Shown: piece after piece, positions 1-11,511 of the stretch
How positions within the stretch are numbered: the first letter of the stretch is position 1
Layout of the letters: the number at the start of each line of letters is the position of its first letter
Program-made: the position numbers and the translations under genes
Notes under the pieces: generated by a model
Seen by the model: only the letters and a program-made list of their open reading frames with translations
Databases searched by the model: none
What the model was told of the DNA's origin: nothing
Origin: Minisyncoccota bacterium
GTDB lineage: Bacteria > Patescibacteriota > Minisyncoccia > Phycocordibacterales > PALSA-1337
Direction: 5' to 3'
Assembly (NCBI GenBank): GCA_036516895.1
Contig: DATDZD010000002.1
Span: 13,769-77,768, forward strand
DNA: 64,000 nt

Positions 1-611
1 CGGGGAATGGGAGAACGGTCTGGGTCTGCGTCAATGAGCAGATTTATTTTGACCAAGCGAACATTTGGAATATTTACCGGTTGTGAAAGAGGTGATGATG
101 TGCCAGCGTATGTATTGTCAAAATATTCAAAAAGAGCGGAGGATGTGGCATTTTTTATATTAGAAGCGAGGGTGATAAATGTTTCTTGCGATGGAATATA
201 AGATGGAGGAGAACCGGTTGATTTTATAATTCCTTTCTTGAGAATTGTCGCTATCAAATAATATCTGACTCTTTCTTGCAAACCATCTGCGTCAATATCG
301 CTAAAAAAAGTGATACTGCTTGTGGCCGCTTGGACAATAGGATAAGAGCCGTCACTTCCCGACTTTGCCGGACGAAGCTCCTTTACCATAGTTCTCAAAA
401 TAGCTCTAGCATCTTCCGCGCCTTGAAGAGAATCGCTTGAATATTTATTAAACTGAAATATATTCACTTGAAAAGAAGAGACGGCTATCATTATCAATCC
501 CAATATGGCTACAGCTAAAAGTATTTCAATCAAAGTAAATCCTCTGTCATTATGGGCAGATTTATCCTGATTTATTCTATTTGAATTCTTTCTCACGGCT
601 TCTATTGTCAT
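1..611 (-). CDS. Type IV prepilin-like protein (PilW/PulJ-type), 3' end runs off the window
   Basis: Not in ORF track. Manual translation from ATG at 611 gives MTIEAVRKNSNRINQDKSAHNDRG|FTLIEILLAVAI..., a class III signal peptide, directly downstream of the pilus operon. Confidence 0.85.
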   Translation of the reverse strand, partial: MTIEAVRKNSNRINQDKSAHNDRGFTLIEILLAVAILGLIMIAVSSFQVNIFQFNKYSSDSLQGAEDARAILRTMVKELRPAKSGSDGSYPIVQAATSSITFFSDIDADGLQERVRYYLIATILKKGIIKSTGSPPSYIPSQETFITLASNIKNATSSALFEYFDNTYAGTSSPLSQPVNIPNVRLVKINLLIDADPDRSPIP

Positions 612-619
612 AATGTTTT

Positions 620-2416
620 TTATGGAGAAAGTATTATGATTTCTTCTTTCCAATCTGATGAAATGGAGACCTCTGTGTCAGATGTAGTATATCCTTCTTT
701 TGAGACCGAGACGGTATATATTCCGTCTGATAACCCGGAGAAAATCACCTGCCCGGGAGGAGTGCAGGAAGAAGTGTAAGTAAAAGCAATGTCGGAAATA
801 TTGGGAGTTGATGTAGAAGATTCTGTCGAGAGAAAAACTTTGTATCTAACAAAACGGTCATTGTCATGTATAGAGTTAATATTAGAATTCACCAAAGTGT
901 AATATGTGCTCACAGTACCGTCTGGACCTTTATAATCCCATGTGGTAGTTGCTGTGATTTCTCTGTTCGTAGCGACCTGAAATTTGACGCTATTTTCTCC
1001 TGAAGCTATGGGCTGGTCTGTGGGAGACCATATTATATTGTGAAAATTGCTATCTGAACCAGTATCTATTGTGGAAGATTCAAGATATCCGACGGGATTG
1101 TACTCGCCAAAAACATTTCGCAATTTAATTTCTCCTTCCTGGCTACTTGTATCAATATTTCCATCATCATAAAAATATTTTACAATGTCTGTGAAAACAA
1201 CTTGACCTGAACCGCCAGACCAGTCCGTTTGATTTATATATCCCCTATCTGTCTTTTTTGACGAAAAATATTCACCAGTGTCAGTAAGATTCACAGTAGC
1301 GTCCGCAATAGGCAAGCCCGTACTGCTGTCTTTGACAGTGACCGAAAGCCCTTTTGGATTTTTAGAAGTCACCACCAGTTGAACATTCTGTGAGCTATTT
1401 GGATTCAAAGCTATGAAATTTGGAGGATTGACCCCTATAATATCGTAAGAGTCATCAAGACTTTTAACAATGTAACTATCCCATTCCACAGAACTATTGG
1501 AATAGGAACCACTGCCATTTGTAATCAGATTTTGGGAATATTTCGGAAGATTGACGCCAATAAGCTTTGAGCCGACAAGCTTAAAATCAATACCGCCTAC
1601 TGGAGCGCATATTGAATTTATGCTTGAGAAATATAGCACGCTTAATTGGTCAATAGAGAAACTTATTTGGGTGACTTGTTGGATAACAACAGTGGCGTTC
1701 GGCTGAATTGGGTTTGGATTTTCCATATCCTCGGGTGGATATGTCCTGGCTGTAGAGTATCCAGATTTAGAGATAGTGATAGCGTAAGCATTGACGCCAG
1801 TAGGAGCGTCTACGATTTGGAGCATTCCATTTACATCAGTAACATCATCTATAATAATATCGGGGTCTGCGAGAGTATTCACTATATGCACATCGGCATT
1901 TTGGACTGGTTGCCCGCTCCCGTCAAAAACTTTTATAAACAACGCGCCATTATTGGAAGCTGTTTCCAAATTTTTTGGAGCAATAGTCGTCGTCAAAATA
2001 ATGGGGATGAAATTCTTGCAAGCGGGACAGTTCACTTGCACTTCTATGAGTTTATTATCGGCAGGAGAAAGGTCATTTGGAGCACCTCCAATAGTCCCAT
2101 CAAAAGGCAGGTCAATATTTCTGACAGTAAAAATGACAATAAAAGGAATTCCTCCTCTAGTAAAGTTCTGAACATGCGGAATTTTTCCATTGGGAATACC
2201 GGAGATTTCTCCAACATCGGAATATGAAAGATTGCGAGCAATTTCAAATTGCTCATTTGCAAGATTGAGACCTAAAATTTTATATTGATTCAAGTTGATG
2301 AGAGTAAATAAACTGGTATAAGCCTGGTATACAGCAGTAGCGATGACAAGAAAGACCGCTACCCCCACAAGAGTTTCAATGAGAGTAAAAGATTTTGAGT
2401 GTGTTCTATATCGCAT
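620..2416 (-). CDS. Large prepilin-type protein with C-terminal beta-rich/carboxypeptidase-regulatory-like domains (minor pilin/adhesin)
   Basis: KS|FTLIETLVGVAVF prepilin motif followed by Ser/Thr-rich beta domains. Confidence 0.8.
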   Translation of the reverse strand: MRYRTHSKSFTLIETLVGVAVFLVIATAVYQAYTSLFTLINLNQYKILGLNLANEQFEIARNLSYSDVGEISGIPNGKIPHVQNFTRGGIPFIVIFTVRNIDLPFDGTIGGAPNDLSPADNKLIEVQVNCPACKNFIPIILTTTIAPKNLETASNNGALFIKVFDGSGQPVQNADVHIVNTLADPDIIIDDVTDVNGMLQIVDAPTGVNAYAITISKSGYSTARTYPPEDMENPNPIQPNATVVIQQVTQISFSIDQLSVLYFSSINSICAPVGGIDFKLVGSKLIGVNLPKYSQNLITNGSGSYSNSSVEWDSYIVKSLDDSYDIIGVNPPNFIALNPNSSQNVQLVVTSKNPKGLSVTVKDSSTGLPIADATVNLTDTGEYFSSKKTDRGYINQTDWSGGSGQVVFTDIVKYFYDDGNIDTSSQEGEIKLRNVFGEYNPVGYLESSTIDTGSDSNFHNIIWSPTDQPIASGENSVKFQVATNREITATTTWDYKGPDGTVSTYYTLVNSNINSIHDNDRFVRYKVFLSTESSTSTPNISDIAFTYTSSCTPPGQVIFSGLSDGIYTVSVSKEGYTTSDTEVSISSDWKEEIIILSP

Positions 2417-2422
2417 CTATTT

Positions 2423-3637
2423 TTATATTGCATCTACAAGAGAGTACATTGGAGTAATCATGGCCACAGCAAAGAACCCCACCGCGACTGCTATAACAAT
2501 CATGAGAAACGGCTCAATGACAGTAGACATATCTTTTGTCTTCTGGTCAACATCTTCTTCGTAGTATACAGCCACTCCGATAAGCATTTCTCCTATTTTT
2601 CCAGTTTCTTCTCCCACATTTATCATCTCGCTCATAAAGATGGGATAAATATCTGGATTTTCGGAAAAAACTTTTGAGAGAGGGTCGCCTTTCTCTACAG
2701 CTGTAGCAGATTTCTCAAGCACTTTTCTGTAGTGTACATTTTGCACAATATCAGAAGTAATTCTCAATGATTCCAAAATATCAACATCAGATTCTATAAG
2801 AGAAGAGAGGGTTCTCGCAGTGCGAGCAACATTGACTTCTTTTATTAGATTGCCAATAAGAGGTATCTTCAGAATAATTTTGTGGATAATATTTTTGCCA
2901 CGCGCGCTTTTTGACCATAAATAAAAAGCGAAGTAAAGAATAATAAAGCCAGTAAAAATAATAATGCCGTCATTTTGCAGTGCATTGCTTATAAATAACA
3001 CAATTCTTGTTGAAATTGGTAGAGAAAGATGTAATTCTGTAAAAGTCTTTGTTAAAGTAGGAACAACATATGTCAAAAGAATAATAGTTATTATAATCAT
3101 GGCCAATAAAATAACAGCCGGATACAACAAAGCGCCACGAATCCTTCTCTGTAGAGTATAATTTTTCTCCATTTGCAGAGTAACTATGCGCAATGACTCG
3201 CTCATAGTTCCGCTTTGTTCTCCAGAATGGACCATGGCTATCATGAGAGATGAGAACATATTCTTAAATGAACCCATAGCGTCGCTCAACGGCTTGCCTT
3301 TTCGCACATCTTCATTGAGAGTTGAGATAATGCTTTTGACTTTCTTGTTAGTTCCCTGCCTTTCCATAACAGAGAGAGCTTGGGACATGGAAAGTCCAGC
3401 TTTTATCATAGCGCCAAGACTTCTGGAGAAATTTATTTTCTCTTGAGTCCTTATGGAATTGATAAACGGAATCGATATGCTATTTAAAGTCAGCATTTTT
3501 TTATTTTCTTCTACCGATATCACTTCTTCTCCTGATGTTTTAATCATTTTGTACAACTCAAAGCGGTCTTTGGCGTCTTGCTCGCCTTTATGAGTTTCTC
3601 CACTTGGCTTTTTTGCTTTGAAAATGAAATGTGGCAT
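2423..3637 (-). CDS. pilC: Type IV pilus/T2SS inner-membrane platform protein (PilC/GspF)
   Basis: GEQSG and GEETG motifs, ALLYPAVIL, IEPFLMIVIA...PMY. Confidence 0.93.
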   Translation of the reverse strand: MPHFIFKAKKPSGETHKGEQDAKDRFELYKMIKTSGEEVISVEENKKMLTLNSISIPFINSIRTQEKINFSRSLGAMIKAGLSMSQALSVMERQGTNKKVKSIISTLNEDVRKGKPLSDAMGSFKNMFSSLMIAMVHSGEQSGTMSESLRIVTLQMEKNYTLQRRIRGALLYPAVILLAMIIITIILLTYVVPTLTKTFTELHLSLPISTRIVLFISNALQNDGIIIFTGFIILYFAFYLWSKSARGKNIIHKIILKIPLIGNLIKEVNVARTARTLSSLIESDVDILESLRITSDIVQNVHYRKVLEKSATAVEKGDPLSKVFSENPDIYPIFMSEMINVGEETGKIGEMLIGVAVYYEEDVDQKTKDMSTVIEPFLMIVIAVAVGFFAVAMITPMYSLVDAI

Positions 3638-3696
3638 ATTTTATATGAAATCTTTGTGTAAAATTTTTTATGACAGCATTAACATGTTTCTTCTGT

Positions 3697-5457
3697 CTAT
3701 TCAGATATGACACGAAGAACTTCTTCTATGGTAGTAAACCCTTGCACCGCTTTGAAAATACCATCTTCAATCATGGTCATCATTCCCTCTTCCTTTGCTT
3801 GCACTTCTATATCTTCTGATGTTCCTCCTTTTATAATGATATCTTTTATTGTCTGATTTACTTTTAGAACTTCATGAATTCCTATGCGACCCTTATAGCC
3901 ATCATCGTCTTTTCCGGCAACTGCTTTCCAAAAAGGAATTTTCTCCCAAGATTCTGTATTTTTGATGATTTTCTCTACTTTAAGCACTTGAAGGACACGA
4001 TCCAAATTAACAGACTTTGATAAAGACGCTATTTCCGGCTTTGACAGAAAATATTTTTCTTTATTTTCAGAGAGACGACGCACAAGCCGTTGGGCAATAA
4101 TGACATTTATAGTGGAAACTAGAAGGAATGGCTCTATTTTCATATCAATAAGTCGCGGTATGGCTCCAGCAGCGCTATTGGTATGTAGAGTAGAGAGAAC
4201 AAGATGACCCGTCAAAGATGCATTAACCGCTAATCCAGCAGTTTCATTATCACGAATCTCGCCAACCATGATAATATCAGGGTCTTGGCGAACCAATGTA
4301 CGCAAGCCGGAGGCAAATGTAAAGCCGATTTCGGGATTGACTTGCGTCTGATTTATACGCTTCATTTGATATTCTACAGGGTCCTCAATAGTGGAAATAT
4401 TAACATCTGGCTGGTTCAAAATATCAAGAATGGTATAGAGAGTTGTGGTTTTTCCAGAGCCAGTCGGGCCTGTGGTCAGTATCATTCCTGTAGTCTGTAT
4501 GACGGCGTTATGTATTCTTTCAAGTCCTTCTCCATGAAAAGCCAGATATTCCAGAGTGAACCCCGAAACATTTTCCCTAAGAAGACGCATGACTGTTTTT
4601 TCTCCATAATATGTGGGAAGAATAGAAACGCGAAAAGAAACTTTCTCATTATTCATATCCACCTTGAAACGACCATCCTGTGGGAGGCGTTTCTCATCAA
4701 GCTTAAGATTTGAAAGGACTTTTATGCGAGCGGTAATAGATGGTTCGGCATTTTTTGGCAAAATCATAGCATCATGTAGAAGACCATCTATGCGATAGCG
4801 AACCAAAAGTTCTTCTTCCATTGGTTCAATATGTATATCTGAAGCATTCTGCAAAATGGCGTGTTTAAGCAAAGTATCCACAATACGCACCACAGGCAAA
4901 TCTTCGGCTATTTTTTTTAAATCTTTCTCTGTTGTAGGATTTCCATTCTTTATGCCCGCTTCTTCCGCTATAGTCTTTAGCGTGGCTGATTCTTTTTGAA
5001 TCAAATCTCCAAATTCCGCCTTTAGACTCTTTTGATATTGAACAATTACATTTTTTATTGATTCTGTGTCGGTCAGACGAGGCAATATCTTCAGATTAAC
5101 TTTTTTTTTGACAAAATCAATAGCAGAGAGGTCATTGACTTCAAGCATTGCCACCTCCAAAGTATCATCTGTTTTCTTGAATGCTATAATATTGTGATTC
5201 CTAGCCACCGGTTCTGGAATCATAGACAATGTTTCAAAAGGAATCTTTCTTGACTTCAAATCAACAAAAGGAATGCCAAGAACATATGCCTGCATGCGAC
5301 GGAGATTGTCTTCTGTGATTTTTCCCGAGTTTACGAGAATCTCTCCCACCCCTGTCCCTTTTTTCTCGGCTTCTTTGAGAGCGTAATCAAAGTCAGTTCT
5401 AGAAACAAGATTAGAGTCAATAATAAATTTATTAAGTTGCGAGTCAAGGATGAGCAT
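3697..5457 (-). CDS. pilB: Type IV pilus assembly ATPase (PilB/GspE), copy 1
   Basis: ASDIHIEP, Walker A GPTGSGKTT, RQDPDIIMVGEIRD, TGHLVLSTLH; start moved to MLILDSQ (5457) just after a TATAAT. Confidence 0.93.
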   Translation of the reverse strand: MLILDSQLNKFIIDSNLVSRTDFDYALKEAEKKGTGVGEILVNSGKITEDNLRRMQAYVLGIPFVDLKSRKIPFETLSMIPEPVARNHNIIAFKKTDDTLEVAMLEVNDLSAIDFVKKKVNLKILPRLTDTESIKNVIVQYQKSLKAEFGDLIQKESATLKTIAEEAGIKNGNPTTEKDLKKIAEDLPVVRIVDTLLKHAILQNASDIHIEPMEEELLVRYRIDGLLHDAMILPKNAEPSITARIKVLSNLKLDEKRLPQDGRFKVDMNNEKVSFRVSILPTYYGEKTVMRLLRENVSGFTLEYLAFHGEGLERIHNAVIQTTGMILTTGPTGSGKTTTLYTILDILNQPDVNISTIEDPVEYQMKRINQTQVNPEIGFTFASGLRTLVRQDPDIIMVGEIRDNETAGLAVNASLTGHLVLSTLHTNSAAGAIPRLIDMKIEPFLLVSTINVIIAQRLVRRLSENKEKYFLSKPEIASLSKSVNLDRVLQVLKVEKIIKNTESWEKIPFWKAVAGKDDDGYKGRIGIHEVLKVNQTIKDIIIKGGTSEDIEVQAKEEGMMTMIEDGIFKAVQGFTTIEEVLRVISE

Positions 5458-5696
5458 TGATATTATTATATCATGAGTATAAAAATAACCCCCAATTCGC
5501 CAAAGCTTTCGCCGAGACAAATCGAGGGTCAAACACTGACCATCCACTGTATCTTAAACACCAAGATTTTCTCTGGCGTGTTTATGCAGTTTTGTCAAGT
5601 CTAGCATTTTTGCTCCTCTCTGCTATACTTTCTACATCTGAAGTTCGCCTGCCGGCGAACATTTTTTATAAGAAATTACAAACTAAACACAAAACC

Positions 5697-6830
5697 ATGT
5701 TTGACTTAAAGATAATGCATTCCGTTCTTCAGCAATTAGAAGAAGAGCGAGGTATACCAAAAGAGAAAATGCTTGAGGCGATTGAGCTGGCTTTGGCTAC
5801 TGCCTACAAAAAAGAATACGGCAAAAAAGGTCAGATTATCAGGGCTATATTTGATTCTAATAGCGGAAAAGTGGAGTTCTATCAGGTCAAGATAGTAGTA
5901 GATGAATCAAAGGTCATTATGGAAGATGAGGAGGAGCAAGAAATGGACCTAAAAACTATTGACCAAGAAAATATAAAGGTCAGATTCAATCCCGAACATC
6001 ATATTCTCCTAGCCGATGCAAAAAAGATAAAAAGAGATGCAAAAATAGATGATGATATCGTCTTTCCTCTGGAATTGAAAGAAAACTATGGTCGTATTGC
6101 CGCTCAAACAGCAAAGCAGGTCATCATTCAAAAGATAAGAGAAGCGGAAAAAATATCTGTTTTGAGCGAATATGGACAAAAAGAAGGAGAAATAGTGTCT
6201 GGAACAGTCCAACGACTAGAAAGAGGAGCATTATTCATTGATATGGGACGAGCAGTGGGAGTAATACCATACGAAGAACAAATACCAAACGAACATTACA
6301 AACAAGGAGAGCGCGTAAGAGCTTATTTATACGCAGTTGAAGAAACTCCAAAGGGTATTATGCTGAAGCTTTCCAGAGCACACCCGAAATTTTTATCAAA
6401 ACTTTTTGAAATAGAAGCTCCTGAAATAGCGCAAAGAGTAGTGGAGGTCAAAGCCATAGCTCGCGAGGCGGGTGCTCGTTCAAAGATAGCTGTTCATTCC
6501 ACTGACAGTCATATAGACCCTATCGGCTCTCTTGTCGGACAACGCGGGGTGAGAGTTTCCACAGTTATGAGCGAATTAGGTGGAGAAAAGATTGATATTA
6601 TTGAGTGGAACGAGGATATGTCAAAATTCATAGCCGAGGCACTCTCTCCGGCAAATATAGCAAGCATTGAACTTATTAAAGAAGAAAATCGCGCCATAGT
6701 AAAAGTCTCTGAAGACCAACAATCTCTAGCTATAGGAAAAGGCGGTCAAAATGTGCGTTTAGCCGCAAAACTCACTGGATGGAAAATAGATATTCAGCCA
6801 GTAGCTATAGGTAGTATAAAAAGCGAATAA
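5697..6830 (+). CDS. nusA: Transcription termination/antitermination factor NusA
   Basis: GRIAAQTAKQVIIQKIREAE, S1 and KH domains, AIGKGGQNVRLAAKLTGWKIDI; start MFDLK at 5697. Confidence 0.96.
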   Translation: MFDLKIMHSVLQQLEEERGIPKEKMLEAIELALATAYKKEYGKKGQIIRAIFDSNSGKVEFYQVKIVVDESKVIMEDEEEQEMDLKTIDQENIKVRFNPEHHILLADAKKIKRDAKIDDDIVFPLELKENYGRIAAQTAKQVIIQKIREAEKISVLSEYGQKEGEIVSGTVQRLERGALFIDMGRAVGVIPYEEQIPNEHYKQGERVRAYLYAVEETPKGIMLKLSRAHPKFLSKLFEIEAPEIAQRVVEVKAIAREAGARSKIAVHSTDSHIDPIGSLVGQRGVRVSTVMSELGGEKIDIIEWNEDMSKFIAEALSPANIASIELIKEENRAIVKVSEDQQSLAIGKGGQNVRLAAKLTGWKIDIQPVAIGSIKSE

Positions 6831-6937
6831 TTTATTCATTAATTGGCAGGTATGCTATAATATGTATCGCAGGTATCATTAAATATTATTTATCAATCAT
6901 TAATTATAAAAAATTAGCAAAATAACGACAACTATTT

Positions 6938-7726
6938 ATGAAATCATCAATATCTAAAAAAATAACCTTATTATTCTCCGTATTCTCACTCTGTATATTC
7001 TTTGGCATTTCTACTGTTCAAGCCAATACAGACACGCAAATAGAAGCAATAAACCCAAAACCTGTTGCCACACGACCTCCTTTAGGTGAAAAAATAAAAG
7101 CCGATATAGAAAACCGTATTGAAAAAAATAAAGAAATGCGCAACGACGAATTGGGGCAGAGACAAGAAATAAAGAATATCAAACAAACCGCTAAGCAAGA
7201 GATAAAGGATTTGCGCTTAGAAAAGCGTGAGGAAATAAAACTAATTCGCGCGTCTAGCACAGATATGTTCAAGAGAACAGCTGAAATTCGCAAAGAAATC
7301 GCAAAGAAGATGGAAGTGAACAAATTTGAAATTCGCAAAAACGCTCTTGTGAGAGAGCTTAAAGTAGCCATAAGCAACCTTAATAATATCAATATCCGCA
7401 TTGAATCTAGAATCATCAAAGCTGAAAGCGAGGGTCGTAATATGATAGATGCAAAAGAGCTTCTGGTCACAGCCAATAATAAATTAGAAACAGCAAAAGC
7501 TGAAGTGCAAAGATTTGAAAATATCAGTATAGATTTAAACATCAATAATACAAACAACACAGTCGCCTCTACATCAGAAATTGACCTTGTAAAACCAAGA
7601 CAATTGGGAGATACAGCGATAAAAAGCGTCAGGGAAGCCAAAAGCGCATTCCAAAAAGTCGTGAATGCCATCGCTCGCGCTATGGGACTTGGAAACACAG
7701 CAAGCACAACAACTGTGACAAATTAA
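6938..7726 (+). CDS. Secreted coiled-coil hypothetical protein
   Basis: Signal peptide (VQA-NT) followed by long K/E/R-rich helices. Confidence 0.75.
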   Translation: MKSSISKKITLLFSVFSLCIFFGISTVQANTDTQIEAINPKPVATRPPLGEKIKADIENRIEKNKEMRNDELGQRQEIKNIKQTAKQEIKDLRLEKREEIKLIRASSTDMFKRTAEIRKEIAKKMEVNKFEIRKNALVRELKVAISNLNNINIRIESRIIKAESEGRNMIDAKELLVTANNKLETAKAEVQRFENISIDLNINNTNNTVASTSEIDLVKPRQLGDTAIKSVREAKSAFQKVVNAIARAMGLGNTASTTTVTN

Positions 7727-7744
7727 TAATATAAATAAAAAGAT

Positions 7745-8074
7745 ATGGATATAAATACTCAAAATTCAAGCGGTATGATGAATGGGATGTCCCCCACCCC
7801 AAACAATGAGAAAAAAGTGGGGCCTATTGTTGGAGCACTTATTATTGTTCTTATACTCATAATAGCGGCTCTTTATTTCTTTGGACAAAAACTCAATACA
7901 AATATTCCTTCTGAAACTCCATCTGCAAACGAAAACACCGAGATTTCATCGGAACAGACATCTCTCAATGTTCCACCTAATTCCATGACTGCCACAGCCA
8001 CAGAACCAGACAACATTCAATCCCTCCAATCAGACCTTGACATTCAGCTCAAAGATGTAGATTATAGCTTCTAG
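7745..8074 (+). CDS. Small single-pass membrane protein
   Basis: GPIVGALIIVLILIIAALYFFG transmembrane helix with low-complexity tail. Confidence 0.75.
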   Translation: MDINTQNSSGMMNGMSPTPNNEKKVGPIVGALIIVLILIIAALYFFGQKLNTNIPSETPSANENTEISSEQTSLNVPPNSMTATATEPDNIQSLQSDLDIQLKDVDYSF

Positions 8075-8149
8075 TCGTTGAAAGTGAATTTATAACAGCT
8101 TGAGAAAGTTATAAAAAATTAATAGTTTTAATAAAATATTCAATAAAAT

Positions 8150-10135
8150 ATGAATGCGTATGTTATTTTTGCCTTGATAAGTTCCATAATCGCCCTTTTA
8201 TACGGCTCTTTCCTCATTTCTTCCATTATGAAGAAGCCGACTGGAAATGACAAAATGAGAGAAATCGCCACCGCTATACAGCAAGGTGCAAAAGCGTATC
8301 TAAATCGTCAATATCAAACAATTGCTATTATTGCGCTTGTTCTTTTTATTGTATTATGGCCAACTTTAGGTATAAAAATCGCTCTTGGTTTCTTGATTGG
8401 CGCTATTTTTTCCGCTCTTGCTGGTTATATCGGCATGAATGTATCGGTCAGAGCAAATATTCGCACAACAGAAGCCGCTAGAAATGGTCTTGGTTCAGCT
8501 CTTTCAATCGCATTCAAAGGTGGTGCTGTAACAGGACTTTTTGTTGTTGGTCTAGCTCTTTTGGTTGTAACCGTATTTTATTCTATAACTGGTGATATAA
8601 ATTCACTTATCGGTCTTGCCTTTGGAGCTAGCCTTATTTCTGTCTTTGCTCGTCTTGGTGGAGGTATTTTCACAAAGGCCGCTGATGTAGGCACTGACCT
8701 AGTGGGCAAATTAGAAGCTGGAATTCCAGAAGATGACCCTAGAAATCCTGGCGTTATCGCTGACAATGTCGGTGACCATGTTGGAGACTGCGCTGGTATG
8801 GCTGCTGACCTATTTGAAACATACGCTGTCACCACTATTGCAACCATGATGCTTGGAGCTACTCTTTTTAAAGGGTTTGACGGAGCGCTTATTTATCCTC
8901 TGGCTCTTGGAGGAGTAGCTATTATCGCTTCTATCATCGGCACTTGGTTTGTTCATCTTGGAAAAAAACAGGACATCATGGGAGCAATGTATAAAGGGCT
9001 TATAGTTTCTGGAGTTCTTTCTGCTATTGTATTTTATCCTATTACAAATGGAATAATGGGCGCAAATGGCTTATATTCAGTAGCCAATTTATTTTTCTGC
9101 TCTATAATCGGACTTATAGTAACCGCTCTTCTTGTATTCATCACCGAATACTATACTTCTACAAAATATAGACCAGTTCAGTCTATAGCCGAAGCTAGTA
9201 TCTCCGGTCATGGAACAAATATCATACAAGGTTTAGCTATTTCCATGAAATCAACAGCTTGGCCTCTTATTGTCATAGTCATGGGAATCTTTTTTAGTTA
9301 TTATTTTGCTGGTCTCTATGGTATTGCTATAGCCGCAATGAGCATGCTTTCTATGGCGGGAATAATCATAGCCATAGACGCTTATGGACCTATTACAGAT
9401 AATGCCGGAGGTATTGCCGAAATGGCAAATCTTCCAAAAGAAATTCGTGATGTAACCGACCCTCTAGACGCCGTTGGGAATACAACAAAAGCTGTTACTA
9501 AAGGATATGCTATTGGCTCTGCTGGTTTAGCGGCTCTTGTATTATTCGCTTCATACACAGAAGCCACTCATGGAGCATTCACTTTTAGTCTAAGTGACCC
9601 TAAAGTCATCATCGGTCTCTTTATCGGTGGTCTCCTTCCTTATTACTTTGCCGCTCTTTGTATGGAATCTGTAGGTCTTACCGCCGCCAAAGTTGTTGAA
9701 GAAGTTCGCAGACAATTCCGAGAAATAGAAGGCATCATGGAAGGTATAACAAAGCCCGACTACGCTCGTTGTGTGGACATAGTGACAAAAGCCGCTATAA
9801 AACAAATGATAGTTCCAGCCCTTATTCCAGTCCTAGCACCTATTGTTGTCGGCTTTATCTTGGGTCCAGTAGCTCTTGGAGGACTTCTTGTTGGAAGCAT
9901 TGTCACAGGTCTCTTTGTAGCAATATCAATGACATCAGGAGGTGGAGCTTGGGACAATGCAAAGAAGCATATTGAACAAGGCAATCATGGCGGAAAAGGA
10001 AGCGACGCGCATAAAGCGGCTGTTACTGGAGATACTGTGGGAGACCCTTACAAAGACACCGCTGGACCAGCTATCAATCCTATGATAAAAATCCTAAATA
10101 TCGTAGCGCTTCTTATTGTGGTCTTTCTCATTTAA
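8150..10135 (+). CDS. hppA: Membrane-bound ion-translocating pyrophosphatase, probably K+-independent
   Basis: [44 protein letters not shown]. Confidence 0.96.
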   Translation: MNAYVIFALISSIIALLYGSFLISSIMKKPTGNDKMREIATAIQQGAKAYLNRQYQTIAIIALVLFIVLWPTLGIKIALGFLIGAIFSALAGYIGMNVSVRANIRTTEAARNGLGSALSIAFKGGAVTGLFVVGLALLVVTVFYSITGDINSLIGLAFGASLISVFARLGGGIFTKAADVGTDLVGKLEAGIPEDDPRNPGVIADNVGDHVGDCAGMAADLFETYAVTTIATMMLGATLFKGFDGALIYPLALGGVAIIASIIGTWFVHLGKKQDIMGAMYKGLIVSGVLSAIVFYPITNGIMGANGLYSVANLFFCSIIGLIVTALLVFITEYYTSTKYRPVQSIAEASISGHGTNIIQGLAISMKSTAWPLIVIVMGIFFSYYFAGLYGIAIAAMSMLSMAGIIIAIDAYGPITDNAGGIAEMANLPKEIRDVTDPLDAVGNTTKAVTKGYAIGSAGLAALVLFASYTEATHGAFTFSLSDPKVIIGLFIGGLLPYYFAALCMESVGLTAAKVVEEVRRQFREIEGIMEGITKPDYARCVDIVTKAAIKQMIVPALIPVLAPIVVGFILGPVALGGLLVGSIVTGLFVAISMTSGGGAWDNAKKHIEQGNHGGKGSDAHKAAVTGDTVGDPYKDTAGPAINPMIKILNIVALLIVVFLI

Positions 10136-10204
10136 TTTTGGTCAGTTTATTTTTTACTAATATCATTAAATCTATACATCTTATTTCTGAAATAATTAAA
10201 TGCA

Positions 10205-11284
10205 ATGACTGAAATAAAGAAGATAGAAAAATCTAGAGTAGAAATTACGGGTGTTATCTCAATTGAAGAATTTGAGAAATTCAGAAACCAAGCTCTCAAA
10301 AACATAAATGAAGAAGTAACCATAGATGGTTTCCGCAAAGGCAAAGTCCCAGAAAATATCCTTATTTCAAAAGTTGGAGAAATGACTATTCTAGAAGAGA
10401 TGGCTCAGCTTGCCATAAAAGAAGCTTATCCAAAAATAATTATCGATGAAAAAATTGACGCCATAGGTCAACCAGAAGTACATATTACAAAAATTGCCAA
10501 AGATAATCCTCTTGAATTCAAGATTGTCACGGCTATAGTGCCAGAAGTTAAACTTGGAGATTATAAGAAAATTATAGAGAAAGAAACAGGTAATGAGAAA
10601 AAAATAAAAGAAGACACAAAATCCGAGATAGAGAAAATTAGTGAACAAGAGATAGATGAAGCCATACTTCGTATTCGTCGTTCGCGAGCCGACCATAGTG
10701 GACATGACCATGAAAAGATGTCTGCCGAAGAACATGAGAAAGCTATTGACTCTTCCCTTCCAGAATTTACGGATGATTTTGTCAAGACTCTTGGCAGTTT
10801 CAAAGATATTAGAGACTTCAAAGAAAAATTGAGAATCATGCTTGTTGAGGAGAAAAAAGAAAAACAGAAAGAGAAAACAAGAATTACTATTTCAGATAAA
10901 CTCATAGAAAGCTCTACTATTGACCTCCCCGAAATACTTATTGAAAGTGAGTTGAGAAGAATGGAATCACAATTCTCTGACGATATTTCTAGAATGGGAG
11001 TAAAGATGGAAGATTATATTAAGCATGCAAAAAAATCCATGGAGGAGCTTTATAAAGATTGGAGACCTCATGCTGAGAAAAAAGCAAAGCTTCAGCTCAT
11101 ATTAAATAAAATCGCTAAAATTGAAAAAATAATAGTTGAACCAAAAGAAATAGAAGAACAAGTAGACGAGATAATGAAAAACCACAAAGACACTGACCAA
11201 GAACGCGCTACTGTATATATAGAAACCGTGCTCATGAATGAAAAAGTATTTCAGTTTTTAGAAAAGATTTCAAAGAGTAATTGA
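10205..11284 (+). CDS. tig: Trigger factor with reduced PPIase domain
   Basis: IDGFRKGKVP ribosome-binding signature and C-terminal SurA-like domain. Confidence 0.9.
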   Translation: MTEIKKIEKSRVEITGVISIEEFEKFRNQALKNINEEVTIDGFRKGKVPENILISKVGEMTILEEMAQLAIKEAYPKIIIDEKIDAIGQPEVHITKIAKDNPLEFKIVTAIVPEVKLGDYKKIIEKETGNEKKIKEDTKSEIEKISEQEIDEAILRIRRSRADHSGHDHEKMSAEEHEKAIDSSLPEFTDDFVKTLGSFKDIRDFKEKLRIMLVEEKKEKQKEKTRITISDKLIESSTIDLPEILIESELRRMESQFSDDISRMGVKMEDYIKHAKKSMEELYKDWRPHAEKKAKLQLILNKIAKIEKIIVEPKEIEEQVDEIMKNHKDTDQERATVYIETVLMNEKVFQFLEKISKSN

Positions 11285-11511
11285 AATGGGACAGCAGTAT
11301 GTGTGTGTATATCACCTATTAAGTATTAAGATCCAAAAAGCTCGTCTCAATGAGTAATTATTTACAAAGAGCTATGGTTGATACCATATCAAACTTGTTG
11401 TGTTTGTCAAGGGAGTGGGTAGGTAATATGTGTATGTATGGGGACAATTCTGTTTCAGTTATCTTATGAGATTTTTTTATAGAGACACTTAATATTGTTT
11501 TTAATATCTTG

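Noticed and set aside
1646-2227. Antisense ORFs overlapping real genes (e.g. 1646-2227, 7018-7707, 21812-22288, 57409-57891)
   Set aside because: Shadow frames of well-supported genes on the opposite strand
5457-5696. N-terminal extensions in the ORF track for NusA (likewise PilB, RpmH, PilB2, and 58939)
   Set aside because: Extensions run through promoters, hairpins or the ribozyme; homology or SD starts at downstream ATGs
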